Origin: Octopus sinensis
Taxonomy: Eukaryota
Assembly (NCBI RefSeq): GCF_006345805.1
Contig: NC_043000.1
Coordinates: forward strand, 34,100,001 to 34,164,000
Direction: 5' to 3'
DNA: 64,000 nt
Below, in pieces: positions 63,930 to 64,000 of this stretch; position 1 is the stretch's first letter; every line of letters begins with the position of its first letter. Below the pieces are notes generated by a model. That model made no database searches. It saw nothing but the letters and a program-made list of their open reading frames with translations, and was not told where the DNA came from. A program made the translations under genes and the position numbers.

Positions 63930-64000
63930 TATATACACATATATATTAATATATATTATTTGCACATGCAGATTATGTTCTCGCGGCATGTTTGGATGCT

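Overview
AT-rich, microsatellite-dense eukaryotic DNA. The SINE families and repeat landscape point to an octopus/coleoid cephalopod genome (inference, not a database match). Most of the window is intronic and filled with retroelement and transposon debris. This includes tRNA-derived SINEs of several families, a head-to-tail stack of R4/Dong-clade non-LTR elements sitting in (TAA)n/(TGA)n arrays, RTE and CR1-like LINE fragments, a Tc1 and a mariner relic, and many Penelope-like element (PLE) remnants carrying minimal hammerhead ribozyme motifs. A large minus-strand gene for a protein I do not recognise is seen as small phase-compatible exons at 27.6k, 19.4k, 17.8k and 10.3k, with further candidates at 31.0k and 52.6k. 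A second minus-strand exon chain lies at 62.3k-54.8k and may be a tandem paralogue. A plus-strand Myb/SANT-like ORF lies at 52.1k. The best candidate for something undescribed is a set of short elements with a tRNA-derived Pol III head joined to a hammerhead-bearing PLE-type tail and flanked by inverted terminal copies. These look like SINEs mobilised by Penelope-like elements, and two unrelated tRNA heads occur in this window. All alignments and folds were done by eye, and repeat boundaries are approximate.
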